From: Zootoca vivipara
Lineage: Eukaryota
DNA: 64,000 nt
NCBI RefSeq assembly: GCF_963506605.1
Contig: NC_083289.1
Span: 10,974,001 to 11,038,000, forward strand
Direction of reading: 5' to 3'
Part shown: positions 37,101 through 51,372 of the stretch, one piece after another
Layout: each line of letters opens with the position of its first letter
Numbering within the stretch: the stretch's first letter is position 1
The notes under the pieces: generated by a model
Databases searched by the model: none
The model's input: only the letters and a program-made list of their open reading frames with translations
Told to the model about the DNA's origin: nothing
Position numbers and translations under genes: made by a program

Positions 37101-39374
37101 TACCTTGACAAAACCTCTGGAGGCTTCCTGCTGACCTCTGATCTACACACCTTTCTTCCTCTGGAGTGGGACTGGGGGTTGGGCATACCAGCAGGCTTAT
37201 CTTTCAGAGTGTCATGTCGATCACGGAAAAATTTCACCCAGGAAACTGTGCAACCACTTTTCTTAACCCTTAGCCTATTCCACTTTTCATGAATGGATTG
37301 TTAAAGCCCAGTCTGTAAACACTGTAATCCATGCATTGTGTTTTTGATAGCCTTAAAAATCTATAGCATACTCGCAGTGCCAGAAAAACCTGCTGGACAG
37401 CTACTGGAGCGAAGGCCAAAGGCCTGCTCCTTTCTGGGTGCAGCCAGGGCCATCTCTAATGGAATATTGATGTAACAGCTGGGGAGAGAAAAAAGGATGG
37501 GCAGGACCCTAAGCATTGTGGTCCCTCTGTTGAGAGGAAGGGCTGTGTTTTAATTAGATACTTATGTGGGTTTTTATGTTGCTCATAGTGCAAAATTCAA
37601 GGCTGTATGCCTGGTTCTCCCGCCGCCGCCCCACTTTTTCTCACAATAACCCTGTGAAGTAGATCAGGTAGGGACAGGCCCAGTGAGCTGCATGAGTGAG
37701 CAGGGAGTTGAAGCACCCACACAACACCATCTCTTAATCTGAAGGTTATTGATTAAGCCAGAGGTCTGCTCCACTAACCTGTTGCCCTGACTTGGTCACA
37801 GCAACCTTTTTGAGATGGTAAAAGTGGATAGTTGTGCCATCTAACCAAATAGTACAGAAGATCATAGAGGAGTTGGCTACAGCTGTTGTTATCTGTAGAT
37901 CCTGTGCACCTATGATACAGGCGATTGCTGACAATCTCAGGCGAAGTTCATAGATGTACAAAAACATTATTGCTTGCCTTTTGAGAGTGTCTATCAAGTC
38001 TCATTTAGATATCTTCACAATTGCTTATTTACATATGGATGTTTTCTGCATGTGCTGGTCCAAATACGTCGAGGCCCTTTCCTGCTTCGTAGGATATGGA
38101 GAAGGACCACAATTCTTTGGTCGAGGACACACACTGCATGCAGAAAGTGAGTCTCCAGTTGAAAGGATCAGGGTGACAGGAGATGGGACAAAGCCAGATC
38201 TCATCACAGTGGGCAATACCTGGAGAAACAGTCTGACTTGGTATAACGCAGCATCTGCCTCTGATCTGTGCATAACCCTGTTTTGATTGGACAGGGTAGA
38301 TAAAGCAGCTAGAGCTGGAAAAGCCACAAAGAGGCTAAAGCACTTTTGCAGGCTGCGTGAAAAAGATACAAACCAAACTTATATTTCCCTGTGCTATTTG
38401 GACAATTTCTCACCACTACAGAAGATCTATGGAGAAGCTGGGTTGGTGGCAGGCGTGGGATAGGATGACACAGCTTCCATGCTAAAGAAGGCACTAATAA
38501 TGAACTGGGAAGCATCACTTGCAGGAGACAGAGGGCAGGATCCAGTCAGTGGGGGGACGGTAGAATCAATGGGTAACATTTTCTAGATCTTGCTTATTTC
38601 ATTGAAGCAGCTCACCTAATTCCCACCCCCTCCACAGGCATGTGTTTTTATTGTTTGTAGTTACTGCAAAGATAGTCGCTGCTGAATAAGCTGGGTGAGG
38701 TTGCAATTTGTGTCTCATTGGCAGTGCAGAAGCACAGCTCCTTCAGGAGAAAACCAGGGGCAGCTCCAATGGGACATGTTCTCCAGTTGTCACCCTAGCA
38801 AGCTACCTCTCTCTACTTTCCAGCACTGCTAATTCTTTAGGTAAACTGGACAGTAGAATGGAAACAACAAAGAAAAAGCATCTAGGCTGGCTGTGATGTT
38901 CCCCCTTCAGGGTATTCCCCCCCCCTTTTGCATGCACGTGGAGGATTTTACTGTCCTCTTGTGTACATAAGAGTAATAGGACACTTCCATTTAAGCATTT
39001 ACTGCTGAACACCTCTAAGGAAAATAAACAGTTTGCTGTGCTCTCAGTGCTTTCCTTTGGAAGTATCCTGACATGGTCACAGCAGCAAGAAGAACCAGCA
39101 CTCAATGTGCTGTGGAATAGGTAGAGGAATCTCTGGATAGACCAACAGGCAGGCTCATAGTGGTGCTGGAGTGGCAAACATTCAGGCTGGATGGTGAGCC
39201 TTTTTATTAGCCCAGACCTTTCAAAATGAATAAGCAATTTTATTCACTGATGCTGGAGATTTTCTGCTGCACTCGTTTGCTTCCACTTTATTATTGTTCA
39301 GGTGGAGCTTTAATGGTTTGTTATTTTAAATAATGATGATGCCCCCACATTTGTTACTTTGAAATGTTGTAGGG

Positions 39375-39695
39375 CAGGGTTCCCCAAACTAAGGCCCAGG
39401 GGCCGGATGAGGCCCAATCACCTTCTAAATCCGGCCCGTGGACAGTCCAGGAATCAGAATGTTTTTACATGAGTAGAGTGTGTACTTTTATTTAAAATGC
39501 ATCTCTGGGTTATTTGTGGGGCCTGCCTGGTGTTTTTACATGAGTAGAATGTGTCTTTTTATTTAAAATGCATCTCTGGGTTATTTGTGGGGCATAGGAA
39601 TTCGTTCATATTTTTCCCCAAAATATAGTCCGGCCCCCCACAAGGTCTGAGGGACAGTGGACCGGCCCCCTGCTGAAAAAGTTTGCTGACCCCTG
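39375..39695. mobile_element. Non-autonomous hAT-Charlie element, 321 bp, with an internal ~70-bp tandem duplication
   Basis: Ends cagggttccccaaact / agtttgctgacccctg; perfect 8-bp TSD ttgtaggg (39367-39374, 39696-39703). Confidence 0.9.
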
Positions 39696-40897
39696 TTGTA
39701 GGGCAAGGGAGACCTGTGGCCCTCCAGCTTTTGAACTGTAGGGCCAGAGATTCCCCACATTGCAAGGGCTGCAACAGATTTAGTGTTATATTTGTAATTA
39801 TGAGAAAGTTTGTAGTAATAATTGGCAGGTATACATTTTGACCCTGAAATCTACCCTCTGCAGTTTATTCTAACGGTGCAAAATCTAAATTTGCTTGCAC
39901 ACGGCAGCATAATTGGTGTGTGGTGAAATGAGGCATAAGACATAGAGAGAGGGAGAAATGGGGCAGGGAAAGAGATGAGTCTTAGCAGTACCTAAAACAT
40001 TATATGATAGAGCACACTTCTTGTTTCTTAAAATCCTTCCTGGCCTGTCTGCTGTTCTCGCATTTAAATGTCACATAAGCGGAAGAATACGCAATTGATG
40101 GAGCCAGCTAGTACATCTAGCTTTCGCGCCAAGGAATCAGTGGCAGCTGGGCAGCGTACTTAAATCAGAAAAACAGCATAGTAGAGGAAGCATTAAACAC
40201 CACCTCTTCTCTCCCCCTACCCCAGCTTTTCAGCAGAGATGCTAAGGGACTGAAGCTGGGTGTGGGACATTCTGCAAGCAAAATAGCTGCCAGAAAAGCA
40301 GCTGTCTTTATGACATACATCCCCATGCCCAGATTAGTTCTGTTTTCCTTTTTATCTGCATTAGGCACATAGGAGCCAGCCTTATAGTAGGCCAAGAAAA
40401 TTGTCTGTCTAGCTCAGTAGTACTCTGACTGGCCTCAGCTGCCTAGAGTTTCAGGCCCCCGTCTTTCCCTGCATCTGCTACCTGATACATTTACTCTCAT
40501 TTCCACTTTCCTTCATTTAGGTTTCTTTTCTGGTTTTAAAAAGGGTGCACACAGCTTGCTTTTGTGCTGTGTTTTTTTTGCTGCAGCATTTGGCCGTGGG
40601 GGAGGCAAGTCTCCCAATGCTTCTGAGATTTTAGCACCCCAGAATGCAGATGCAGTGAAAGTGGGGGGGGTTCCTCTTAAGGGTAAGCGGTAAGAGGCAT
40701 TTTAAGCTGACTGCCTTTCCATTTCCAGGGAGTGTTTTGCACATGGGAGCTTTCAAAGTGAGATTTTAAAGGTGCTGTAGAGACCCTGGGGAGAGAGCTG
40801 AGGCCTGAAAAATAGCAATTGGTTGTATCCAGCTAAGTTCTACTCAGACCCATGGAACTGGATGGACCTAAATTAGCCATGCCCATTAATTGTAATA

Positions 40898-41262
40898 GGG
40901 ACGCAGGTGGCGCTGTGGTCTAAACTACTGAGCCTAGGGCTTGCCGATCAGGTCTGCCGTTTGAATTCCTGCGACCGGGGGGGGGGGGACTCCCGTTGCT
41001 CGGTCCCTGCTCCTGCCCACCTAGCAGTTTGAAAGCACGTCAAAGTGCAAGTAGATAAATAGGTACCGCTCTGGCGGGAAGGTAAACGGCATTTCCGTGC
41101 ACTGCTCTGGTTCGTCAGAAGCGGTTTAGTCATGCTAGCCACATGACCTGGAAGCTGTCTGTGGACAAACGCTGGCTCCCTTGGCCTATAGGGCGAAATG
41201 AGCATCACAATCCCAGAGTCATCCGTGACTGGACCTAACGGTCAGGGGTACCTTTACCTTTT
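40898..41262 (+). mobile_element. Sauria SINE, full length, nested in an older gttgtatcc...ggatacaac element
   Basis: 12-bp TSD attaattgtaat (40885-40896, 41263-41274). Confidence 0.92.
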
Positions 41263-41680
41263 ATTAATTGTAATTGGTATTCTCGAGTTTGAAAAACCTT
41301 GGATACAACTCAGTGTTAGCATTGTGCGCTATCAACATTTTAACACTACACTCCCCGAGACCAAAAACACGGGAAAGGAAAATGAGAAATCAACCATGGT
41401 CCCTGATATTTAGTAACAATCGGAGAGGGGGTTTTTCCCCTACCAAATCCCTTGCTTTGCAGAATCCTGTTGAATTGCCGCAAGGTCTTCAAGGCAAGAA
41501 GGGACTGCAGGAGATTAGGATGTGTATCATTCACACATGAGATGGTAGCAGCCAGTTTTATTAACCTTAGCTTGTACAGAATAAGTGTTGCAGCACAGTG
41601 AAAAAACAGCTGCTTGTGTGGCTCTAGCGTTTTAAGAAAAATGTTGAGGTTTTTATTTGAAACAGTATTACACCCTACAG

Positions 41681-41816
41681 CAGGCATAGGCAACCTTGGC
41701 TCTCCAGATGTTTTGGAACTACAACTCCCATGATCCCTGACCACTGGCCCTGTTAGCTAGGGATTATGGGAGTTGTAGTTCCAGAACATCTGGAGAGCCA
41801 AGGTTGCCTATGCCTG
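41681..41816. mobile_element. ~136-bp palindromic hAT MITE
   Basis: TIR caggcataggcaacctt; TSD ccctacag/ccctgcag. Confidence 0.88.
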
Positions 41817-44270
41817 CCCTGCAGCAAGAGAGTGCAATCTATTCCCCCTGGAAATGCCCAGTAGCCAACACACAAAGTGGCACAGAACAGGAACTTGCAT
41901 GGAGGGACTTGGCTGGTTCACAAGCATCCTGATAAAACAAGCAACAGAGATTCTTCTTCTTCCTCCTCCTCCTCCTCCTCCTCCTCTTCTGAAGTCCAGG
42001 GGCAGCTTCTTCTTCTCTCAACTGTCAGGCTCCGCTATATTAGACAGTAAATCGTTGTGGGAAGCAAGAGACACAATGGAGCTTCTAGACCCCTTAAGCA
42101 TGACAAATGCTGGGCAACATCTGGAGTTGTAACCATGCTGAAAGGCAACAGAAGATTTAACCGAGGAGTAGCCAGAATGTTGATGGACCATTGGCCACCC
42201 TAGCTGGGGCTGGTGGAAGCTCAAGTCCAACAAACACCAGGACAGCCACAGGTTCTCCGCTCATCCCTATGTAAGTGATACATAGGCAAGTCCTGTATTT
42301 GGCTGGCTCCTCTCACAAATGCAGCCTTCCTTTGAAAGAACGAGTAAACAGCAGAGTGACAGTTCTAATCTCTGCAATTGCTACCACAGACTATGTAGTG
42401 ATTAAACTAGAATAAGAGGATTATGGAAGTATTTCTGTGAACAAACATGGAAATATTTGGGGGAGAGGGGGGAGGACATTCATTTCCCTGGCACTGAATG
42501 ATCTGGAGGAAACCTTCTCCACTTCAAACATAAGCCAGGAAGGGGACTCTACAATTCTATGAAATATTGCTAAGTGCCCTGAGCCCTTTCTCAGCACCAC
42601 CATCCAGGCAAGCCCCTCCCCACCCACCACCCCGGCAAGGCAGCAGATGTTACCAGGTTGTAATTTCACAAACCCGGGAGCTTTTCAGTCAGAATGGGGT
42701 CAGAAAGCTCAGCAGCTGCTTGCCACTGAACTAGCAGAAGAGGATGCTGTTAATCTGCCCTCATTGCAATTGCGGAACCTCAGAAGTCGTAACCTACAGT
42801 TCTCCCCCAGCAAAAACCAAGCTGATTAAGCCACAAGGCCAAGGCAGACAAATCGGGGAATGCCCAGATGGCAGCTTTCCTGTTTGGCCGGGGAGCACCA
42901 GACAGAGGCCCCCCAAAAGTCCTCAGGAGAATCAGTCAGCTTAGGAGAGTTCTGTCGTCGTCCTCACTAGAAGTTGGTCACATGGGCTAGCTTCTCCTAG
43001 GCTTGTAGCTTGGCAAAGGACCCACCTCAGCATCTTGCAGAAGGTTGCCATATGTCAAGCTAGTGTGCCTGTACTTTTAAGACAGAGTTAGGGAACCTGC
43101 AGCCTTCCAGATGTTGGACTCCCAACTCTCATCACACCTGGTTACTGGCCATGCTGTCTGGGGCTGATGGAGTCCAGCAACCTCTGGAGGGCCACGGTTT
43201 CTCAATTGTCCCCGTTGTTCACATGTTTTTCTGCAGGACATAATTGCTGCATCCTAAGCAAGCAAAGAAAGGGAGAGGCAAAGGGACCTGTGGATCACCA
43301 GGCTGGAAGGCAAAGCAATCTCAGCTATAAGATTCAGATCTTTTTACAAAACAAAACAAAACAAAACACTGCCTGCATTTTAATATTTAGCAACCCAAAA
43401 CTTTGCTGAAGCGCTGCAGACATTTGAGGACATCAATACTTTTTAAGATATTGGTGAGGTGGTTTACCCTACACTGCCAAGTTGCAGCATAGCATCTGGG
43501 AGTCAAGGTTGGAAGAGAAAACACCTTTATCCTTCAGGAGAATCACACTGGAGAGTCAGCCTTTGTTGCAAAAATGCCTCAGCAGCACACTGTGCAAGAG
43601 GCAGAGGTAGGAGCATTCAGCGTCAAACTTGCATTGCTGTGAAAGCCAGCACTGCCACAATTCACAGCAGCATTCATTCTGCCCTACATCCGAAATACCT
43701 TACCCAAATATGCATAGCTTGTAGTGGCAGACTGCTAGGCATGTGTCCCATTCAAGCATAGCTGATCCGTGATACCTCTGCCTCGATGGGAACGTGGCAC
43801 ATGCCAAAAAGGATTTACAAAACACTAAAGGACTGTTTCTCCTGGCCTTGGGTGGCAGAGGTTCCTGGCTCGTCTCCACAAGAGAATCTCAACACTTCAG
43901 CTCTCAACAGCTGAAATGTGAACTCCTGAACTCCCGACAGCTGTGTGTTCAAGCCGTTAAAATTGAATTACCTGCGTGCACACAGGCTTGGGAAACCAAC
44001 ACAGACCTTTGACTGTACATTTCCCTCCTGCCTTAGCAGAAGCAGCGCCATCATCACAGCTCTGCAAATGGCAGCTGAAATCAGGAAAGCCTTACTCCCA
44101 TGCTCTTCCAGGATGTGGAACTTGTGGCCCTCCAGATGGGGTTGGATGTCAGCTTCCAGCCACCAATATCCACTGGTGAGGGAGAACGGGACTTTTTCGT
44201 CAAACCACACTTGTAGGTGCAACATGCCTGCTCTATGACAACCAAGCAGATGCCCGTTCCTTGCCTAGAG

Positions 44271-44406
44271 CAGGCACCCCCAAACTTCGGCCCTCCAGAT
44301 GTTTTGGACTACAATTCCCATCTTCCCTGACCACTGGTCCTGCTAGCTAGGGATCATGGGAGTTGTAGGCCAAAACATCTGGAGGGCCGCAGTTTGGGGG
44401 TGCCTG
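44271..44406. mobile_element. ~136-bp palindromic hAT MITE
   Basis: TIR caggcacccccaaact; TSD gcctagag/tcctagag. Confidence 0.9.
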
Positions 44407-47400
44407 TCCTAGAGCAATTCCGTGCCCCTGGGATCAATTCAGATAATTCAACCTTTTTGGCATTTCTCAGCAGCCTCGCTTTTTCCATTAATACGTAGAA
44501 CAGGTGGATTCAGGTTATGGCTGGTGCCATGACGGACACCTGGGCCTGCAACTCTTTGAATAAGCTAGTCAACAGTAGAAGCTGGCCCATAGTAAGATCA
44601 CATTATCTTTTGTGATCAAATCAGAAATCTGGGCTGTGGAGGTATGGGCAAATCAGAGTCTCATCGTGCAGCCAGGTGAATTTTGCCAGACACACTTCAA
44701 ACTTTGTTCTATGTGCCCGGATACTGCCAAGAAACTCCCTATTTTCTTGCAGGGCCAAATCAGACAGCGTAGGCAGGCTTGCAGGTGCTTCCAGATGTTG
44801 CTCTTTTGCAGGTGGGATTAAATCACATGCCAGGAAATTCTGGTTATGTGATTAAAGCGGGTTTGGCAATCTTGTGCAACACACCTACTAACAAAACAAC
44901 ACTTTTTTTTTGCTGTAAAGGAAAGTGACTCAAAAATGCACAAAGTGTGTGGAATGGCAATTGCTTGATGTGACTCGTGGCATCACTTTCCCCACAAGCA
45001 AATCAGAATGAATGCTCAATAAACGGCCAGTCGGTGTATACCCTGCCGACTTTGTGCAAACAAGCAAGGACTGATGATAAATAAACGAGTCATCTACAAC
45101 TGAAGCAACTTGTGTAACATGGCGTACTTTTTTAAAGCAGGAAAAGCTGCTGCATCCAGAAGGGTTAAGAGAAACAGGAAGAGGTGTGCATGTGTATGTG
45201 CTTAACACTTTCACTGCTTGCCAAAGATCTGTTCTTCAGATGTTCAACTCCCATCATCCCTTGCTGGCAGAGGCTTATGGGAGCTGCAGTCCCAACAGTA
45301 CCTAGAGAGCCACATATTCCCTACCACTGCCTTAAAGAGAATTCCAAGGGGACTAAAGAGGCTTCAAGGTCTGCTGTGCCTCTGCTGGTGTTTATATCCT
45401 CCCACAGCTATGAACACGTGTCATTTACAGGACAACAAAGCCAGAAAACAACGAGCTTGTAGGATATTTGTGCAATTGTTCTGAACTTTAGAAAAGGAAA
45501 GGACAATGAAAAATAGAACCGTTGCTTACACTGAATAACACTAATGATAATACTTAGTATTTATAGAGCACTTTTCCGAAGCGTTCAAAGCGCTTTACAT
45601 TACCTTGAAATCCTTACAACATCCCTGTAAGGTAGGCCAGTACTGTTATTCCCAAAATTAGAGAAAAGAAAGAGGGCTCCCAAGAACTGAGAGACAGCAG
45701 CTCACCAAAGGCCAGCCAGCAAATTCGTAGCTCAGCTGAGATTTGAACTGGGACCTTCTGGCTCATAGCTCATGCTCTGAACCATTATGCTCGAGCACAG
45801 ACTTGCAGGGAGTGATAGAAAATGCAGCACACAACTGCCTTGCTAGAAATCGGGTTTTCTTGGCACTTCCTGGGCCTGCTTGCCTCCACCTGCCCCTCAG
45901 ACCCTGGACACACAAACACACCTTGTGGTACCCACTGCCGAGAGCACCAGGACCCCACAGCCAAGACAACTCTCCAGCAAACAAAAGGGCTTTGTCTTAG
46001 CAGCTCCTTCCAAAATAGTAATCATCATAATGAGCACAAATATTACATTTACCTCCCATGAGATGGGAGATCTGATTAAAAAGAAGAGGAACACCTGAGA
46101 CATTATTGCTAAGAAAGAAGCCAACTGGCTGTCCAGCAGCCCAGTAAACTTCTGGCACTGGGAGCAGGGAAAGAAGAGCAGAACACAGGTGGGGTGTGCT
46201 TCTTCGAAACGACATGCCACAGCCAGACCCACTGGGCCTCCTGAACCCTCCATTCTTGCTCATTCAAGCAGTCCTGGAGCTGCAGAAATTACAATACCAA
46301 AAAAATCCCTAGTCATCAGGTCAGCACTATATGAAAGCTTCCATTTCCCACAGACACACTCATGAAAATACCCACAACGGTGTCACCCCAGGGCATTCTG
46401 GGAAATTTCGACAGCATCTTCCAGAGGCACCGACCCAGCCTCTGTCACTGATCCAAGCACCGCCAGATGAACCCATTCGGGCCCTTTACATCCGCACCAC
46501 ACATGTAAAGCCCTTTCATACCACTTTATAGGATTCCTCTCCAACGGAACGTGGGAACTGTGGTTGGTTAAGGGTGCCGAGAGTTGTCAGGAGACCCCTG
46601 TTCCCCTCACCTAGTTACAATTACTCAGAATTCCTAGGGGGAAGGGATTGTTAAACAGCTCTTAAGAACAGTAACTCTATGAGAGGAAGGAGGGGCCTTA
46701 GTCCTATTCTAGTGCTCGAACTACAGTTCCCAGGATTCTTTGGGGGGAGCCACAACTGCTATCATAGTTAAGTATTTGGTGCGGATGTGGCCTAGGACTG
46801 CCAGTAGTCCCCCTGTCGGATGTGGGGGGGGGGGCTCCCATCAGAATGCAGCCCCTTCAAATCTGGAACCGTATAAGAACATGTTCCTTTAATGCAATGT
46901 TCTTCAAACTGTGTGCTGAGAGACCCAGGCGTTCCCTCAATAAGACGACCAAGAATGGCAGACAAGCGTCCCTAGAGGGCTGCCCCTAGAGGGCAGACAA
47001 GCCCTCCTTTCCCTGCAAGATGCTGGCACGTGGGTGCAATTTCCTGGGTGCAATTCCAAGACATTGCTAGTGGAGCACCAAACACAAAGGGCCAACACGC
47101 CAGCCTGCCTCCATCTACCCCACCCCCAGCTAAATTCTGCCCCCTACCCAAGCAGCTCCTTTGGCTTGCTGCACGGTTGCCACACACAATCCTGAGCCCC
47201 GAGACCAGGACATGTCACCCAAGATGACTTTATACCCAGGAACATGCGCTGAAATCTTTACACGACACTCAAGGTGGTCTACTGGAAGATGTGAAGGAAC
47301 TTTCCCGGCAGACCAGACCACAAGGAAAGGGTTCCCAGAAAGCAGGAAGTTTGAAAAGCTATGCCTTTAAACCCCAAGAGGATCCCAGGTCCCTTAACGT

Positions 47401-49154
47401 CCCACAGCTAGGGCCCACTTCCTCCTGAACGGGACCGTTCCCAAAGTGGTCTGCTTGCTCTGTATTTGAAGGCCACACACTAGCTCATACACTCGTTCAT
47501 TCATTCAGTCTGTGCTACAGAGGCGTTCATTCACGTGGCCTCATGTCCATCTTGGGAGAACTTTGCTTGCGAAGACAACCAGCTTCTTCAGCATGGTCCT
47601 CACTCTCATGGGCCAGGATCCTGGCTTCTCGGTGATCCAATGGGGCTTCTCACAGTTACCCATCAGGGTTCTTCCGATGTTCTTAACTGCTCCCTGGGTG
47701 TTCTGCCTCCATGATGCTACCCTTGGCCAACTCTCCCAGTTTGTCCAGGGCAGTAGCAGTGATGGGAGCAGACAAACCCTCTCCCCCTGCCCCCAATCAC
47801 AGCCCAAGTCATCTAAACAAGCCATTCAAGGCTTCCATGGCTAGGGATGCAGATGGCTGACTCCAAGCCTGCATATGAATTGGCCTCTCAAGGGCTTGGA
47901 GTTCAGAGAGCTGCCTTTTGTTGTGCTGCAGAACGATGGAAGGGGGCATGGCCTTGGCTCTACCTGCTTCCGAGGAGAGAGCTGGCGCATGTGCAAAGGA
48001 CCACAAACCTCCCCTGCGACAAAGAAATGGAGCAATCAGCTTGCTTTACCCCAGCCAAGCCCCCTGTCTCTGCTTCCTCGTGTCCGTGCCAAGCTGCAAA
48101 GCCCTTGGGTTAAGTGGGGCAGACCCATGTAAAGTGCTTCGAGGGCCACATGCACCCCTAAGTCATATCTGTCCCCAGAAAGTGCATACCCATGGCGTCT
48201 TTCCATGAGTGTTCAGGGCCTGCCTGGCAGTTTGCAGGTTCCCTTAGCTGAACGTTGCTGCAGCGGTTACAGTAATTTTGCAGGGCCACCAGAATTGCTC
48301 CAGCAGCATCCCCTGGACGACAGGAATCCTGTTAGTGCAAGAAGATGGATTCTAATGGAGATGATTTCACTGCCCTGGGCAAAGGATACGTCCGTCTTCC
48401 TTCCAAGGCAGAGCTTTCCGCTGCAGCAAAAAAAATCCAACACCAACTTTCTCCCGCTGCCCCTTTCCTGCAGGGGAAAGAAAGCAGCGAGAACTAGCAG
48501 CAGTCCAGAGTCCAGCTACTTCTCCAGACCTTGCTAGGATGCATTAGGATGTGACAGAGGACCAGCCACAACAGTTTGCTGGTGGTAACAGTCAGCCCTT
48601 CTGGAGCAAAGCCCCAGGAAGACATTGCAGTTCTGAAATACAGAGGGGAGCCTCAGAGGAAGTCCTGCAGTTCCAAATTTTCTTGCCACTCTAGAGAGCA
48701 AGCGTCCCAACGTATTCAGTGGCTGAAGAGCCTTTGGAAGGTACGGCCAGAGACATCATCAATGAAGACACTATCACACTGGCAACCCTTGGCAACTCTC
48801 ACAAGCACCACTGCTACCCATGTACAGCCTGTTTGGCAGCCAGCACAGTCCCCTCTAGATGTTGCTGGACTCCCGCCAACAGCCAGGGACAATGGACGTC
48901 ATCGCCCAACAACATCTGGAGGCTGCTGCATTGGCTACTGTTGGCCAAGCATCCCAATGGGTTGCTGACAGCAAGAAAGCACTTCTAGATTTCGCCACCA
49001 GAAGCAGAGAGCTTTGGTCCAGGAGGAGCACAGAGGAAGAGCATGGGGCTCATTTGCTGTGGCTTCACAGCAGTTGTGTTAACTCCTTGGACGCAGCACA
49101 GATCTATGTTTGCGGGTGCTGTTTTCTCCATTGTTGTCTTTATTGAGCCCACAG

Positions 49155-49158
49155 TCAC
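49155..49158 (-). CDS. GRAMD2A: Putative GRAMD2A terminal exon coding part (G TGA), followed by 3' UTR
   Basis: Polypyrimidine tract and acceptor tctttgtctgtttctgacag|G TGA complete the Arg codon AG|G and add the stop. Confidence 0.55.
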
Positions 49159-49542
49159 CTGTCAGAAACAGACAAAGATGCCATTGTTAGCAGGCTCTGA
49201 ACCAATCCTATGGGAAATCTGACTGCCCCACAAATGGCAAGAGAACTTCTCCTGATTTAATGCAGCTCCTTGTTTGTGTGTGACCAGGGCCGGCCCTAAT
49301 ATTAGGCAGAGTGAAGTGTGATGCGAGCCACCATGGAAATGAAGCTGATGCGAGCCACCATGGAAAGGCATCAAGCTGTTTGTTACTTAATTTTTTACTA
49401 TTGCATTTCTACTGCTACAAAGAAGGAAGAGGTGCCTATGGCATCACTTGCTTATTTACTTCAGTTATTTATACACCGCCCTTCATTTCAAAGCAAAATC
49501 AAGGTGGTTTGCAAGACCACAAGACAACAGCAATATCTAAAC

Positions 49543-49678
49543 CAGGCATCCCCAAACTTCAGCCCTCCAGATGTTTTGGACTACAATTCCCATCATCCCT
49601 GACCACTGGTCCTGTTAGCTAGGGATCATGGGAGTTGTGGGTCAAAACATCTGGAGGGCCGCAGTTTGGGGGTGCCTG
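49543..49678. mobile_element. ~136-bp palindromic hAT MITE
   Basis: TIR caggcatccccaaact; TSD atctaaac/atctaaat. Confidence 0.9.
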
Positions 49679-50693
49679 ATCTAAATGGTACCAACTTGGC
49701 TGGCCTTGAGTTCTCTGCACCTTAACTCAGAGTGGGAACAGGGGAGGTATGTCACAATTTGCTGCTCTACCTCTGCAGCAAAAATATTTTGGACCAGTCC
49801 TGCATGGATGCATGTGCATTAAAAAAAAAGTTCCAGGGTTAATGACTCAAGTCAAAAGACCTTTTTAAGGCAATTAATGATATACATTTAAGGGAACTAA
49901 AGCTCACTTGGGGGGGGGAGGGAATTTCCAGGAATCATCTTAACTCAGTACAACTCAAGTCTTTGTCCATGTCTAACATCTGTGCTCCCACCTTGAGGAA
50001 TATGATACCACCCACATCCCAGTCCATAAAAGGAAACAAGTGCAGATGCAGAATTGCCTTTTGGCAGGGGCAGGAGCAGGAATCAAGTAAACATTCATTG
50101 AAATGTGCACAATTTATTCCAGCCAAGAACTGGGGTATTCTAACTGCAGAATTGGGATTTTTAGAAGCAGTCTAAGCAGAAGAACAGAATCATAGAATTG
50201 TAGAGTTGGAAGGGACCGCAAGGGTCATATAGTCCAATGCAGGGATCTTTTACCCAATATGGGGCTTCCACAAGTCACCAACTATTAGTAGTAGTAGTGG
50301 TGGTGGTGGTAGTACTGTCTACAGGCCATGCTTTGCTGCCACTAAAGCTGGTGTCAATCGGCCCTTTAAAAAAGGAGAAGTACACAAGCTGCAGGCTCCT
50401 GAAGCAATGCTGAACCTTTGCTTATAGCAGAAATAGAAAGCCTGCGGGGCCCTCCAGACCTGTCGCTGGACTTCATCTCCCCTCATCCATGACCACTGGC
50501 CATGCATGATGGCAGCTGAAGTCCAAAAGCACCCAGACCACCCCTGCAGGGTCCCCATCCCTGCCTTATGTGGCGACCAAGGACATCTTTCAATATTGGC
50601 ATAATGAGAACAAAAGGTTATCCATCCCAACTTCCAGACCCCAAGGAAGGGCTCCTCTGCAGACACTCGCTGGGCTTCAGAAGGCTTTCCTAC

Positions 50694-50801
50694 CTCCGGG
50701 GCACACGTGAGAGATAGTCCCGGTTCAAAGAGCAGAGCTGCTGCTCCAGGCGGAAGATGCGAAAAGCCAGGTAGGAGGAGGACACCACCAGGAGGCAGAT
50801 C
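50694..50801 (-). CDS. GRAMD2A: GRAMD2A exon: ICLLVVSSSYLAFRIFRLEQQLCSLNRDYLSRVPR(R)
   Basis: Acceptor cttcctcag after a 99-nt intron. Resembles human ICFLVMSSSYLAFRISRLEQQLCSL. Ends AG|GTAGGA; read-through gives AGG TAG (stop at 50690-50692). Confidence 0.9.
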
Positions 50802-50900
50802 CTGAGGAAGCAGAGACAAAACGCACCGTTGAGCTCAGAGTCAGAAAACCAACCCGAAGATAGGATAGGAATGGGAGGGGGTGTGTGCCTGGAGGCTTAC

Positions 50901-51000
50901 AAGACAATGAAGATTTTCAGCAGCTGGTAATCAGATGGCCTCAACTCTGCTTGGTAGCTCTGCTCCACCTCCAACTCCTCTTCAGTGTTTATTGCACTTT
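50901..51000 (-). CDS. GRAMD2A: GRAMD2A exon: (E)SAINTEEELEVEQSYQAELRPSDYQLLKIFIV(L)
   Basis: Acceptor attccag, donor gtaagc; 100 nt, phase 1/2, consistent with both neighbours. Resembles human ELRLWDYRLLKVFFVL (start of the transmembrane segment). Confidence 0.88.
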
Positions 51001-51372
51001 CTGGAATAATAATAAAAAGGCATCAGGCACTCGAATATTAAAAGTATATATAACGCAAACACACACACACATATACAGGGTGAGATCCAATATAGTGTGA
51101 GTGGACATCTGCTAACACAGTGCTGGGGAAATTTTTAGCCCTCCAGGTTGTTGGACTACAGCTCCATCAGCCCCAGCAAGCATGGCCTATGGCCTGGGAT
51201 GATATGAGTTGTAGTTCAGCAACATCTGATGCAGGGACAGGGCAAAAACTCACCATATCTGCCCTAGCCCAACAGGGCTATTCTCTCCAACCTTTCTGCC
51301 TTCTGCGCCCCTGCAACATTTGCTTTGGAAGGTTAGGAGACACGAGTTCTGGGGAAATATTTTTGTTGAAGA

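Noticed and set aside
41854-42132. Polyproline-containing ORF
   Set aside because: Produced by a (CTT)n(CCT)n microsatellite.
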